From Candidatus Woesearchaeota archaeon (GTDB lineage Archaea > Nanobdellota > Nanobdellia > Pacearchaeales > GW2011-AR1): a stretch of DNA of 58,485 nucleotides. The translations under genes were made by a program, and so were the position numbers. Of this stretch, positions 26,907-36,666 are shown piece after piece (within the stretch, counting starts at the first letter, position 1; the number at the start of each line of letters is the position of its first letter). The notes below the pieces were generated by a model. The model did not search any database, was not told the DNA's origin, and worked only from the letters and a program-made list of their open reading frames with translations. The stretch spans positions 1-58,485 of the forward strand of contig CAYMES010000002.1 of assembly GCA_964389765.1 (NCBI GenBank), written 5' to 3'.

Positions 26907-27164
26907 TTAAATTATTGTATCTAGATGATTTATAGACCGGGGCGATTTATGTGTAAAAGGATTTAGTAAGTCTTTTTCTTTAGTAAACTGTCTATTTTTA
27001 ACTTCACATTTTCTTGGATTTTTTCTTTGACAGAGATATTTGAATGCTACTCCCCATCCGCATATTTCCTTTTCATTAATTTGTCTATAATATTCGCATG
27101 TTTCACAATCTTCAGTTTTATATTTGTAACCTCCATCCCAGCAAGTTCTTTTAGGTATTTCCAT
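26907..27164 (-). CDS. Small Cys-rich hypothetical protein
   Basis: 85 aa with several Cys pairs (C..C.TC, C..C). Confidence 0.35.
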   Translation of the reverse strand: MEIPKRTCWDGGYKYKTEDCETCEYYRQINEKEICGWGVAFKYLCQRKNPRKCEVKNRQFTKEKDLLNPFTHKSPRSINHLDTII

Positions 27165-27205
27165 TTTTTAATTCTTTTATAAATGTAATTTAATCATAAA
27201 TCAAA

Positions 27206-27280
27206 TGGATCCGGAGGGATTTGAACCCACGACACCCAGGTTAAGAGCCTGGTGCTCTAACCGAGCTGAGCTACGGATCC
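27206..27280 (-). tRNA. tRNA-Lys (anticodon CUU)
   Basis: The reverse complement folds as a cloverleaf: acceptor GGATCCG/CGGATCC, D stem GCTC/GAGC, anticodon stem CCAGG/CCTGG with loop CTCTTAA, T loop TTCAAAT. There is one U-U mismatch in the T stem. Confidence 0.9.
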
Positions 27281-27358
27281 TTAGAATATTAAGAATTAAT
27301 GAATTTAAAAATATGTTGTTAGGAACATTTTTATAAGAAAGTATTTTATTAAAATCAA

Positions 27359-28147
27359 ATGGTTAAAGATAAGAGTAGTTTATTATACTGGTATCCAAAA
27401 ATAAAAAATTTAGATATTCCAATACCCAAGACAGAGATAATCAGATTAACTGAAAAAGAAAAAGAAATATATTATCATATGGAAGGAGATTGTTTTAATT
27501 TAAGCAGATTAGAAAATAAAACAAGAGAAGTGATTAAAGAAAAATTTTCTTTACCTGTTTTTATAAGAACAGATGAATTTTCCAATAAACATTTCTGGAA
27601 GAAAAGTTGTTTTCTTGATAAATTAGATAATCTTGAGCAGCATCTTTTTGAGTTAATATCAGGAAGTAAATTAGCTGATTTTTTAGGTGGCCTTCCAATG
27701 GAGGCAATGATTGTTAGGGAATATATTCAGATGGATACTAAGTTTTATGCTTTTTATGGAGAAATGCCTGTTAATCCTGAAAGGAGATATTTTATTAGAG
27801 ATGGAGAAGTTGAGTGTCATCATCCTTACTGGATAGAAGATGCTGTAGAAAGAGGAACTCCAGAAGAAAATCTTCCAGAAAATTGGAGAGAGATTGCTAA
27901 AAAAATAAATTATGAACAAGATTCTGAAATTAAATTATTAACAGGATATTCTAAAAAAGTAGCTCAATCTATAGAAGGTTATTGGAGTGTTGATTTTTGC
28001 AAATCAAGTGATAATACATGGATTTTAATTGATATGGCAGAAGGAGAAAAATCATGGCATCCTTCAGATTGTAAATATTCTAATATGTCTAAAGAAGATT
28101 CTCCTTTACCTGATTTCGATAATATGATTATAGAGAAAAATCAGTAA
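27359..28147 (+). CDS. ATP-grasp-like protein (phage/accessory type)
   Basis: LYWYPKI..IPIPKT, PVFIRTD, MIVREYI, ERRYFIRDGEV and WSVDF...WILIDMAEG resemble an ATP-grasp layout. This is a by-eye call only. Confidence 0.4.
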   Translation: MVKDKSSLLYWYPKIKNLDIPIPKTEIIRLTEKEKEIYYHMEGDCFNLSRLENKTREVIKEKFSLPVFIRTDEFSNKHFWKKSCFLDKLDNLEQHLFELISGSKLADFLGGLPMEAMIVREYIQMDTKFYAFYGEMPVNPERRYFIRDGEVECHHPYWIEDAVERGTPEENLPENWREIAKKINYEQDSEIKLLTGYSKKVAQSIEGYWSVDFCKSSDNTWILIDMAEGEKSWHPSDCKYSNMSKEDSPLPDFDNMIIEKNQ

Positions 28148-28257
28148 GTTTTCAATGATATTCTTGCTAAACACATTCAGAGAGACAACTAAAAGTTTGT
28201 AAATTATACTTTCTGTATAATAATTATACTAAATAATTATATTAAGATTTGGGAAAA

Positions 28258-28479
28258 ATGATAACTAAAACAAAAGTAAAAAAATGGGGAAATTCTATAG
28301 GAATTGTAATTCCTAAAGAAGATGCTGAAAGAATGAACATCAAGATAGGAGAAAGAATTATTATAGAAGTAAAGAAAAAAGAAAATGTTTTAAGGGAATT
28401 AAAAGGCACTATGAATTTTGGAGATTCTAAAAAATTTCTAAAAGAGGTAAGAAAAGAGATGAAAAGTAAATGGATGTAA
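28258..28479 (+). CDS. vapB: AbrB/SpoVT-type antitoxin (VapB-like)
   Basis: VKKWGNSIGIVIPKEDAERMNIKIGERIIIEV. It overlaps the PIN gene start. Confidence 0.7.
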   Translation: MITKTKVKKWGNSIGIVIPKEDAERMNIKIGERIIIEVKKKENVLRELKGTMNFGDSKKFLKEVRKEMKSKWM

Positions 28480-28841
28480 AAAAATATTTAGATACTTACG
28501 ATTTAATGGAAATTTCTCAAGGCAATCCTAAATTTAATATTTATTTAGATTCTGATTTTATAATTACTGATTTGACTTTAGCTGAATTTTATGGTGTTAT
28601 TTTAAGGAGATATAATGAACAAACAGCAGAATACTGATTCAAGAAATTTGAGCAATATGTCTTCTCTGTTGACAAAGAAATTTTAAAACAAGCAGTTAAA
28701 TTCAGGTTTGAAAATAAGAAATTAGACATTTCATTTTTTGACGCTGTAGGTTATATTTTCTCTATTAAAAATGGATATGCTTTTGTTACTGACGATAAAG
28801 AATTTGCAAATTTTAAAAATGTGGAATTTAAAAAGAAATAA
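28470..28841 (+). pseudogene. vapC: PIN-domain toxin (VapC-like) interrupted by in-frame TGA
   Basis: The 124-codon frame has YLDTYDL, FFDAVGY and VTDDKEF PIN acidic motifs. The stop at 28635-28637 falls in ..TAEY*FKKFE.. (likely TGG to TGA). Confidence 0.65.
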
Positions 28842-28899
28842 CTATCAATGATATTCTCTTCTCAAACATCCTTGATTTATTTTTATAATTCAGTTACTA

Positions 28900-29032
28900 T
28901 CAAGGATACTCTCGCCAAGTATGTTTGCATTTAGTACATCTAAAGAATCTTGTTTCAGCTTCATCACCTGCTCTTGTTTAAGCACCGCAGAAATAAGCTT
29001 CTTTATGACCACATTTAAGATATACTGCATTT
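28900..29032 (-). pseudogene. Decayed duplicate of the tfs 3' end (C-terminal zinc ribbon)
   Basis: 28906-29032 aligns base for base with 30216-30342 with about 10 mismatches. It translates INAVYLKCGHKEAYFCGA*TRAGDEAETRFFRCTKCKHTWREYP*, with one Cys lost and an internal stop. Confidence 0.8.
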
Positions 29033-29213
29033 ATGATTTTATTGCTATACTTTTTTAAATTTTTTTGATTTACTTCTCTGTTAACTTATTTACAGAATTT
29101 ACAATATAAAAGATTAAAAACCAATCTAATAGAATTTTAACTAAGAAAAAGCTTTGGTTTTTATAGTGATTCATGATAACAAGATTTTTATATTTTAAAA
29201 CAATTGATATTTT

Positions 29214-29582
29214 ATGATTTCCAGACAGAAAATGCAAGAGAGATATTCAGTTGAATATTCAATACAAGAAGATTCAGGAGGTTATAGAGCTTTATGGTTA
29301 TCTGATAAACCAAAATATCCTAATGATTGTTTTAAATGGTTTATAGGTATTGAAAATATGTCTACACAAAAAGTTAGAGTGATTCCTGTTAAAAGATTTT
29401 GTTTTGGAAAAGATAATCCTTACTTTTGTTTACAAGAAATGGAATTTGATGACTCAGGACTTATAGCAAAAATTCAAGAGATATTAGATATTAAAGATAA
29501 TGGAAATCTTATACATCTTACTTCTAATCAGAGGTTCAGATATAAGACAATGAATATTCCTAGAAGTAAGTTTCCTAATTAG
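29214..29582 (+). CDS. Hypothetical protein (inside tfs-duplication-bounded insert)
   Basis: 122-aa ORF. Confidence 0.45.
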   Translation: MISRQKMQERYSVEYSIQEDSGGYRALWLSDKPKYPNDCFKWFIGIENMSTQKVRVIPVKRFCFGKDNPYFCLQEMEFDDSGLIAKIQEILDIKDNGNLIHLTSNQRFRYKTMNIPRSKFPN

Positions 29583-29644
29583 ATAAGATTTAATTTATTG
29601 TTTTGAATCTGGATTATCTTTAGAATTATATTAACTATAGAAAA

Positions 29645-30106
29645 TTAATCATAAGGGTCATCAAGAGCATTTGGATTTATAAGATGTTCTTTAAATTCTT
29701 TACTATTAAAATCTTCTCTAACTTTGTCTTTAATTGAGTCAAAAGCTCTTCTTAAAGTGTGTGCTGAAAGATTTGAACTCCTATTATTGGACAAAAGATT
29801 AGAAAAATATTCAGCATAATTATGCATCTTTTCAAATAATCCATCAAAGTTAATACTTTCTACATGTAGATATGCTGGTTTCCATTTTAAAGAAGGATAT
29901 TTATTTGCTTTTCCAGTATATCCTGTTAAGAATTCAATATTTAAGTCAATATAACAGAGATGATCTATTCCTCTTTTCCAACGAGCTTCTTCTTGATGTT
30001 GTAATTTTAAACTTACTTTTGCTTTTCCTACATTAGCTTCATATTCTATTTCATTACTTTTGAAGAATTCCTCTATTTTTTTCTTATCTGTTATAAAGAT
30101 AATCAT
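29645..30106 (-). CDS. Hypothetical protein (inside tfs-duplication-bounded insert)
   Basis: 153-aa ORF. Confidence 0.45.
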   Translation of the reverse strand: MIIFITDKKKIEEFFKSNEIEYEANVGKAKVSLKLQHQEEARWKRGIDHLCYIDLNIEFLTGYTGKANKYPSLKWKPAYLHVESINFDGLFEKMHNYAEYFSNLLSNNRSSNLSAHTLRRAFDSIKDKVREDFNSKEFKEHLINPNALDDPYD

Positions 30107-30209
30107 TATTTAAAAATAAAAGTATTGTTTAAGAAATATATTATGGTATTATTTAATCTAAATTACCTTTCTATTCAGATATCTTTTACTTGTTCCATAT
30201 ACTTATTTT

Positions 30210-30518
30210 TTAGTCGTATTCTCGCCAAGTATGTTTGCATTTGGTGCATCTAAAGAATCTTGTTTCAGCTTCATCACCTGCTCTTGTTTGAGCACTCCAG
30301 AAATAAGCTTCTTTATGACCACATTTAGGACATACGGCATTTGTAACAGGAAAAACATCAGTATCTTTTTCTTTAATAACTCCTATTTCCTGGTTTTTTT
30401 TCATTTTTTCACTTGCTCTTATTTTAACTCTTCCTTTAGTACTGTAACCACATCTGGGACATCCGAAATTTTTTCTTTTTTCTATTAAAACAGAACCACA
30501 TTTTGGACAAAATTCCAT
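30210..30518 (-). CDS. tfs: Transcription factor S / RNAP subunit M-type zinc-ribbon protein
   Basis: N-terminal CPKCGS..CPRCG and C-terminal CPKCGH..AYFWSAQTRAGDEAETRFFRCTKCKHTW. Confidence 0.9.
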   Translation of the reverse strand: MEFCPKCGSVLIEKRKNFGCPRCGYSTKGRVKIRASEKMKKNQEIGVIKEKDTDVFPVTNAVCPKCGHKEAYFWSAQTRAGDEAETRFFRCTKCKHTWREYD

Positions 30519-30563
30519 TATTGGTTTTATTTATGATACTTTTTAAACTTTTTGGTATCTCTC

Positions 30564-31166
30564 TTATTTAGTAAAAGCGTTAATAATTTCTACAAATACT
30601 AATTTAATCCATCCTAGTTTTGGAACTCTAAATACAGCTTCTCCAATAACTGCATTTTCTGTTATGCTTTTTTCGTCGTGAAGTTGAGCAATATTATTGT
30701 CTCCTTTTGTTTCTATAACTCCTTTGTTTTTGTCAATATCTACTATTCTATGGATTATTGGATGTTTTGCATTTGCATTAAATATAATTACATCTCCTAT
30801 TTCTAAGTTGCCTCTTCCCCAGACAAGCATTATATCTCCTTTATCAAATCCTGTTTTTAAAGGCCATTCTGAAGCTTGAGATTTTTCTATATTCCTATCT
30901 TCATACCAATCTCCTTGAGATTGCCACCATAATTCAAATGAATCTTCTAATCCTATGACATTTCCTACAAATCCTGCTTGTGGATGTTTCATACTTTCGC
31001 TTTCTACAACTACAAGAGGAAGAGATGTTCCTAAAACTAAGGATAAAAAAGGAAAAAATACAAATTTAACTAATATAAAAGCTATTATTAAAGATACGAT
31101 CCAACTTAATAAACTGTCTGAATACCATAACCAGTTCCATGCTTTTTTAATCTTTTTTTTAATCAT
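30564..31166 (-). CDS. Signal peptidase I, archaeal/Sec11 (S26B) type
   Basis: N-terminal TM helix, VVESESMKHP (catalytic Ser), GDIMLVW, IIHRIV (His) and TKGDNN boxes. Confidence 0.85.
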   Translation of the reverse strand: MIKKKIKKAWNWLWYSDSLLSWIVSLIIAFILVKFVFFPFLSLVLGTSLPLVVVESESMKHPQAGFVGNVIGLEDSFELWWQSQGDWYEDRNIEKSQASEWPLKTGFDKGDIMLVWGRGNLEIGDVIIFNANAKHPIIHRIVDIDKNKGVIETKGDNNIAQLHDEKSITENAVIGEAVFRVPKLGWIKLVFVEIINAFTK

Positions 31167-31198
31167 TTTATTTTATAAGATTTTATGCTTTTTTAAGT

Positions 31199-31507
31199 TT
31201 ATCTTATATGGTATTTTTTCCTATATTTTCTTATTGTTGTTTTTAATTCTGTATTGAGGATTTCAACTGATTTATAAAAATCTGCTCCATTTATTTTTTG
31301 TATTATCTTACTAGTTTTTTCATCTACCAGGGTTTCAAAATCTACACTTTTTCCAATATAAGATTCATCAATTGTTCCATAAAAATTTCTTTTTGTATCT
31401 CTAAATTTTTCTGCAGGAGTTTGAAGAGTTATTATTGTCAAATTTTTATGTATTTTTTCTATTGAAGTTATTACTCCTGATACAAGATTTTTTCTTTGTT
31501 CTGACAT
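31199..31507 (-). CDS. Hypothetical protein
   Basis: 102-aa ORF. Confidence 0.45.
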   Translation of the reverse strand: MSEQRKNLVSGVITSIEKIHKNLTIITLQTPAEKFRDTKRNFYGTIDESYIGKSVDFETLVDEKTSKIIQKINGADFYKSVEILNTELKTTIRKYRKKYHIR

Positions 31508-31567
31508 TTTTATTATTTTTATCTAATATACAGCATATTTAAATGTTTTCTTTTATTTACTTAATAG

Positions 31568-31597
31568 TGATTACAGATAGAAAGATTTAAAAAGGGG
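31568..31597 (+). promoter_or_regulatory. BRE/TATA-like promoter block, copy 1 of a duplicated 30-32 nt motif
   Basis: tgattacagatagaaagatttaaaaagggg lies about 20 nt upstream of the ATG at 31618 and is nearly identical to 56989-57020. Confidence 0.5.
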
Positions 31598-31617
31598 TTT
31601 TTACTTTGTTGTTTAAG

Positions 31618-32040
31618 ATGGAAATAAAAAAATTGCCAAGATTTAAAACAGGTTTACTAGGTTTAGTTGGTTTAGTTGCAAGTGTTTTGCCTCTTGGTTG
31701 CGAAAAAATAGAAGAACCAAAAAAACAAGATTATGACTCAGATAGTTCTTTATCTTGTGTCAGTTGGAGAGAATTTCCAGGAGGAGCTTATTTAACAGAT
31801 TTAGATGGAGATAAAAAAGTAGATGTAATAAGAGAAGGTAAAAATCCAAGTTTAGCAAGATATATACAAATAGGTTATGAAGAACAGGCAGAAGGAAGAG
31901 TTGAATTAGGACTTGCAAAACCAATGACTCCTGGAATAAGAGATGCAGCATCAAGATTATTAAAAGCTCAAAATGATTTGGCATATGAATTTGCAAAAAG
32001 AGCTTATGAATCAGAATTAGGACAGTCTAAACAGAAATGA
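31618..32040 (+). CDS. Exported lipoprotein with DLDGDKKVD loop
   Basis: Signal plus lipobox VLPLGC. ATG at 31618 is preferred over TTG at 31606. Confidence 0.55.
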   Translation: MEIKKLPRFKTGLLGLVGLVASVLPLGCEKIEEPKKQDYDSDSSLSCVSWREFPGGAYLTDLDGDKKVDVIREGKNPSLARYIQIGYEEQAEGRVELGLAKPMTPGIRDAASRLLKAQNDLAYEFAKRAYESELGQSKQK

Positions 32041-32375
32041 GGAAAGAGATAAGATGAATGGAAATTTTTAAAATGCAAGATAGATTAAATAAACTTAAGA
32101 AAGCAGATGATGGAGAAAGTATAAGATTAGCTTTAAGAGAATTTCATTTATCTGAATCAGACACCAATCTTTAGTTAATGTGAGAAAATATCTAGGTACA
32201 ATTATTAAATATGCTAATGAGGTTTGTGAAGAAAAAGGTCGATTTCATCTAGATATAGAGGTCATTCTTCAAGTAGCTTCAGATTATCTTAACCAATTTT
32301 ATGAAGAACTAAGTAGAAGGAGATAATTTCTACACAAACTTATAAAAACCAAAACATTTATAAATGTATATTTCT

Positions 32376-32398
32376 GTGTATACACATAAGGTGTATAC
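32376..32398. promoter_or_regulatory. Tandem palindromic boxes GTGTATACAC-N5-GTGTATAC
   Basis: Read directly, about 100 nt upstream of the AbrB-like/cdc48 pair. Candidate operator. Confidence 0.3.
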
Positions 32399-32430
32399 GG
32401 TAAGTATATGCCGAGTTAAACTTCCTTTCC

Positions 32431-32451
32431 TGCCGTCTCAAAGAGACGGCA
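32431..32451. other. Perfect 9-bp stem / 3-nt loop hairpin
   Basis: tgccgtctc-aaa-gagacggca, a GC-rich island in an AT-rich spacer with no T-run after it. Confidence 0.4.
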
Positions 32452-32497
32452 AATATTCATAAAACTAAAAAAATAAACTAATAAAAACAAGATAAAA

Positions 32498-32860
32498 ATG
32501 GCAGATATTTTTGATAATACAATATTATGTAAACACTGTAATAAAGAAATGCAAAAAATAAAATTAGAGAAAAATGGTTTTTTACTTAGGGCAGTTAAAT
32601 GTCCTTCATGTAGTTCTATTATATTGCATCCAAAAGATGAACAAGAATATGAACAATTTTCAAAATTAAAGAAAAAAACTTATAAAGTCAAGATGCGTAT
32701 AGTAGGAAATAGTTATGCAGTATCAATACCTAAAGAGATTGTCGAGTTTATAAGAGAACAGGAGAAGATTATGGATGATATGGTGAGATTATGTTTTAAT
32801 GATGCTAAAAAATTAAGTTTATTATTTGGCAAAACTAAGGAGAAAGAAAAAAATGCCTGA
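32498..32860 (+). CDS. Zinc-ribbon plus AbrB/SpoVT-like DNA-binding protein
   Basis: CKHCN..CPSCSS, then MRIVGNSYAVSIPKEIVEFI. It overlaps the cdc48 start. Confidence 0.5.
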   Translation: MADIFDNTILCKHCNKEMQKIKLEKNGFLLRAVKCPSCSSIILHPKDEQEYEQFSKLKKKTYKVKMRIVGNSYAVSIPKEIVEFIREQEKIMDDMVRLCFNDAKKLSLLFGKTKEKEKNA

Positions 32861-35138
32861 AGAAAAAAAAGTTAATCTAAGAGTAGTAGAAGCATTGCAA
32901 GATGATGCATATAAAGGAATTGCTAGAATAGATGGAGAAATAATGAGAAAATTAGATGTTAAAAGAGGAGATGTTATTTCTATTAAAGGAGAAAGAGAAA
33001 CCCTGGCTATTGTTGATAGAGCTTATCCTGCAGATGTTGGAGAAGGAATGATAAGGATAGATGGAATAATTAGAAGAAATGCTAAAACAGGTATTGGAGA
33101 GATGGTTAGTATTAAAAGAGCAGATGTAAAAGAAGCTAAAAAAGTAACAGTTGCTCCTGCTCAAAAAGGTGTTATGGTTAAAGCTAATCCTGAAGTTTTT
33201 AAACAAGGATTGTTAGGAAGAGCAGTTGTTAAAGCAGATATTGTTGTTTTAGGAGGAGCTCAAAGAAGAAGAGATATTATGGAAGAAAGTTTCCAAGATT
33301 TATTTGATATTTTTGGAGAAGCATTAGGAGGATTTATGCCTTCTGTAAGCCAGACAAAATTTATTATTGTTTCTACATCACCAGGAGGACCATGTGTTAT
33401 AACAGAAAATACTGAAGTTGTAGTTTCTCCAAAAGCTGTAGAAATTGTTGAAGAAAAAATTCCTGATGTTACTTATGAAGATATTGGAGGATTAGAAAAT
33501 GAGATTAAAAAAATTAGGGAAATGGTAGAATTGCCTTTAAAACATCCTGAAATTTTTGATAGATTAGGAATAGAACCTCCAAAAGGAGTTCTTCTTCATG
33601 GGCCTCCAGGAACAGGAAAAACATTATTAGCTAAAGCAGTTGCAAATGAAAGTGAAGCTAACTTTATTTCATTAAATGGACCTGAAGTAATGTCAAAATT
33701 TTATGGTGAAAGCGAGAAAAAAATTAGAAATATTTTTGAAGAAGCTGAAAAAACAGCTCCAAGTATTATATTTATAGATGAAATAGATGCTATTGCTCCA
33801 AAAAGAGAAGAAGCATATGGAGAAGTTGAAAGAAGAGTAGTCTCCCAATTATTGTCAATGATGGATGGTTTGAAAGGGAGGGGAAAAGTGATAGTTATTG
33901 CAGCTACTAATCGTCCAAATGCAATAGACCCTGCTTTAAGAAGACCAGGAAGATTTGACAGAGAAGTAACAATAGGAGTTCCAGATAAAAAAGGAAGAGA
34001 CGCAATCTTGAAGATTCATACTAGAAATATGCCTCTTGGTAATGATGTAAAAATGGACCAGTTAGCTAAAGTAACTCATGGTTTTGTAGGAGCAGATATT
34101 TCTGCTTTAACTAAAGAAGCTGCTATGAATGTTTTAAGAAGACATCTTCCAGATATTAATCCAAAAGAAGAAACTCCAATAGATGAAGAAATATTATCTA
34201 AATTAAGAGTTAATGATAAAGATTTTAAAGAATCTTTAAAAATTGTAAGACCAAGTGCTATGAGAGAAGTTCTTGTAGAAAGTCCAAATGTAAGTTGGAA
34301 TGATGTTGGAGGATTACAAGGAACAAAACAAGAACTTAAAGAAGCTGTTGAATGGCCTCTTAAATATCCTAGCTCCTTTTCAAGAATGGGGATAAGAGCT
34401 CCTAAAGGATTGTTATTATATGGGCCTCCAGGAACAGGAAAAACATTATTAGCTAAAGCAATTGCAAATGAATCAGAATCTAATTTTATACAAGTTAAAG
34501 GACCTGAATTATTAAGTATGTGGGTAGGTAAAAGTGAAGAAGGAGTAAGAAAAGTATTTGAAAAAGCAAGACAAGTAGCTCCATGTGTTGTGTTTTTTGA
34601 TGAAATTGATTCTTTAGCTGGTAAAAGAGGACAAGAAACAGGGACAAAAGTTACAGAAAGAGTTCTTAATCAGTTATTAGCTGAAATGGATGGAATTGAA
34701 GATCTGACAAATGTTGTTGTAATTGCAGCTACTAATCGTCCAGATATGTTAGATCCTGCATTATTAAGACCAGGAAGATTTGACAGAATGTTATTAGTTA
34801 AACCACCTCAAAAGAAAGAAAGAGAACAAATATTAAAGATTCATACTAAAGACAGAAAGATGCCTCTTGGTAATGATGTTAATTTAAAAGAGTTCTCAGA
34901 AAAAACAGAAGGATATGTAGGAGCTGATTTAGAAGCTCTTGCAAGAGAAGCAGCAATGTTAGCTTTAAGAAAAGATATTAAAGCTAAAAATGTTGGAAAG
35001 AAATATTTTGAAGAAGCTATGAAAAAAATTAAACCTAGCGTAAGTAAGAAAGATTTAGAAAAATATCAGAAAATAGAAGAGAACTATCTTAGAAGTGCAA
35101 AAGCAGCTTTAGCTGAACAACCAAGATATTTAAGTTAA
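32853..35138 (+). CDS. cdc48: CDC48/VCP-type AAA+ ATPase (two AAA domains)
   Basis: N-domain GDVISIKG, two Walker [14 protein letters not shown], two Walker B ([18 protein letters not shown]), and RPGRFDR twice. ATG at 32853 after AAGGAG is preferred to 32826. Confidence 0.93.
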   Translation: MPEEKKVNLRVVEALQDDAYKGIARIDGEIMRKLDVKRGDVISIKGERETLAIVDRAYPADVGEGMIRIDGIIRRNAKTGIGEMVSIKRADVKEAKKVTVAPAQKGVMVKANPEVFKQGLLGRAVVKADIVVLGGAQRRRDIMEESFQDLFDIFGEALGGFMPSVSQTKFIIVSTSPGGPCVITENTEVVVSPKAVEIVEEKIPDVTYEDIGGLENEIKKIREMVELPLKHPEIFDRLGIEPPKGVLLHGPPGTGKTLLAKAVANESEANFISLNGPEVMSKFYGESEKKIRNIFEEAEKTAPSIIFIDEIDAIAPKREEAYGEVERRVVSQLLSMMDGLKGRGKVIVIAATNRPNAIDPALRRPGRFDREVTIGVPDKKGRDAILKIHTRNMPLGNDVKMDQLAKVTHGFVGADISALTKEAAMNVLRRHLPDINPKEETPIDEEILSKLRVNDKDFKESLKIVRPSAMREVLVESPNVSWNDVGGLQGTKQELKEAVEWPLKYPSSFSRMGIRAPKGLLLYGPPGTGKTLLAKAIANESESNFIQVKGPELLSMWVGKSEEGVRKVFEKARQVAPCVVFFDEIDSLAGKRGQETGTKVTERVLNQLLAEMDGIEDLTNVVVIAATNRPDMLDPALLRPGRFDRMLLVKPPQKKEREQILKIHTKDRKMPLGNDVNLKEFSEKTEGYVGADLEALAREAAMLALRKDIKAKNVGKKYFEEAMKKIKPSVSKKDLEKYQKIEENYLRSAKAALAEQPRYLS

Positions 35139-35163
35139 TTATACTCACCTCTTTTTCCCCAGG

Positions 35164-35204
35164 AGAGGCTGACTAGCATCTCTTTTTATCGCTAGAAAGC
35201 CTCT
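35164..35204 (+). terminator. Nested hairpin downstream of cdc48
   Basis: agaggct/agcctct outer stem and ctagc/gctag inner stem, with a T-rich loop and T-rich sequence downstream. Confidence 0.35.
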
Positions 35205-35439
35205 TCGAGGGTTTAAATATTTTTTAAAATAATTTACAATTGTTTTATTGATGATAAAAAGAGATTAACAAGAATTATATGTTTAAGAATTTTAGGATTA
35301 AATATAGATGAAATAAATTATAAAGCAAAAGAATAAGCAGAAAAATATGTTTCTGAATTAATTTTATAGTGATTTAGGATTAAGAGCATATAAAGATTTG
35401 CAAGAATATAGAAATGATTATAAATTAGAGTTGTAAAAA

Positions 35440-35742
35440 ATGGAAAATTTAAAAGAAAGAATTCAAGCTTTAGATAGAGATGTTGATAGATATGGGGCAA
35501 GAGTAATTTCTCAGATTAAGGGTGATGTTGGACAAGTTGTAGATACACAAAGTTTGTGTGTTGCAGATTCTGGAACTGCTGAAGTTGTTCAAAAAGAATT
35601 AGTTCAGAAAGCAGTTCGTGAAGGAAGACTAAATCCTAATCAGTATTTAGCGATGGTACGTGAAGAATTGCCAGAAGGAGCTTATCAAGATAGAGTTTTG
35701 GAAACTGTAGAGAGAGTGTTAGAAAGAAATTATTTTTTTTAA
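35440..35742 (+). CDS. Hypothetical protein
   Basis: 100-aa ORF, somewhat GC-richer than its neighbours. Confidence 0.45.
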   Translation: MENLKERIQALDRDVDRYGARVISQIKGDVGQVVDTQSLCVADSGTAEVVQKELVQKAVREGRLNPNQYLAMVREELPEGAYQDRVLETVERVLERNYFF

Positions 35743-35757
35743 TAGCAAAATAAAATT

Positions 35758-36666
35758 TTATCTTGTTGTAATTTTCACTTTTTCATTATTTATTATTATA
35801 GTATGTTCTGCTTGTGAAACTGGTTGTCCAGATTTTTCTACAAGCTGAGGATAGTGATGTAAGATTCCTGCTTTTTCTAAAAATAAGAGAGCTATTCTTG
35901 CTCTGCTTCCAAATTCTTTTTCAATAGCTCTTTGTGAAAATGGAAGAGTCTGATATTTTTCAAGAATATGATTATAGATTTTTCTTGCTATTGGGTCTCT
36001 TACTCCAGCTTCTTTTTCTAATATGTATATTTTGCTTTTTCCACCTTCTTTAACAATTCCTGTTCCATATGTTGCAAAAGGTTCTATTGCATATGCTCCA
36101 TTAGGTATTTTATTATCATTACCATTATCATAATTTGGAATTGTTATTCCTGCATGAACTAGATAATTTCCTAATTCATGTCCTGATAAATTTCTTACAG
36201 GAGAAAATCCTTTTGAAGTTATTGTAGAATGTATTATGCCTCCTATTTGTTTTAATTCAATATCTTTTTCAATTGTTTTTAAAGCTTGATTTAAAGCTTC
36301 TTTACTTGCATTAATTAGTTCAATATGTTTTTTATTATCTGTCAGATCTATGGAAAAAGCAGTATCTGCTATATATCCATTAACATGAACTCCAATATCA
36401 ACTTTTAAAAGTCCTCTTGCTTTTGTATCTTCATTAAGTGAAGGTGTATAATGAGCTGCAACTTCATCTATAGAAAGGTTAACAGGAAATGCAATTTCTC
36501 CTCTAAGCTCAATAATCTTTGCTTCAATTTTTTCTGCTATATCTACAAGCAACATATCTTTTTTAACAATTGATTTAGCATATTTCACAACATCAGAAGC
36601 TATTTTTCCTGCTTTTTCATAATCTTTTATTTCTTTATCTGTTAATTTTGTTGTTTCTTTTTCCAT
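35758..36666 (-). CDS. map: Methionine aminopeptidase, type 2 (archaeal)
   Basis: AAHYTP, DIGVHVNGYIADTAF, SGHELG, YAIEPF and AEHTI metal-ligand contexts, 302 aa. Confidence 0.9.
   Translation of the reverse strand: MEKETTKLTDKEIKDYEKAGKIASDVVKYAKSIVKKDMLLVDIAEKIEAKIIELRGEIAFPVNLSIDEVAAHYTPSLNEDTKARGLLKVDIGVHVNGYIADTAFSIDLTDNKKHIELINASKEALNQALKTIEKDIELKQIGGIIHSTITSKGFSPVRNLSGHELGNYLVHAGITIPNYDNGNDNKIPNGAYAIEPFATYGTGIVKEGGKSKIYILEKEAGVRDPIARKIYNHILEKYQTLPFSQRAIEKEFGSRARIALLFLEKAGILHHYPQLVEKSGQPVSQAEHTIIINNEKVKITTR

Noticed and set aside
30231-31257. Plus-strand ORFs 30231-30488, 30697-30879 and 30955-31257
   Set aside because: They are antisense to the tfs and signal peptidase genes.
32073-32330. 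Two short adjacent plus-strand frames (MQDRLNKLKKADDGES...TNL* and ..VRKYLGTIIKYANEVCEEKGRFHLDIEV...), possibly one frameshifted gene of about 85 aa
   Set aside because: Both pieces are below the ORF threshold and have no motif, so the evidence is insufficient to call a gene or pseudogene.
32952-33206. Minus-strand ORF inside cdc48
   Set aside because: It is antisense to a very well supported AAA+ gene.
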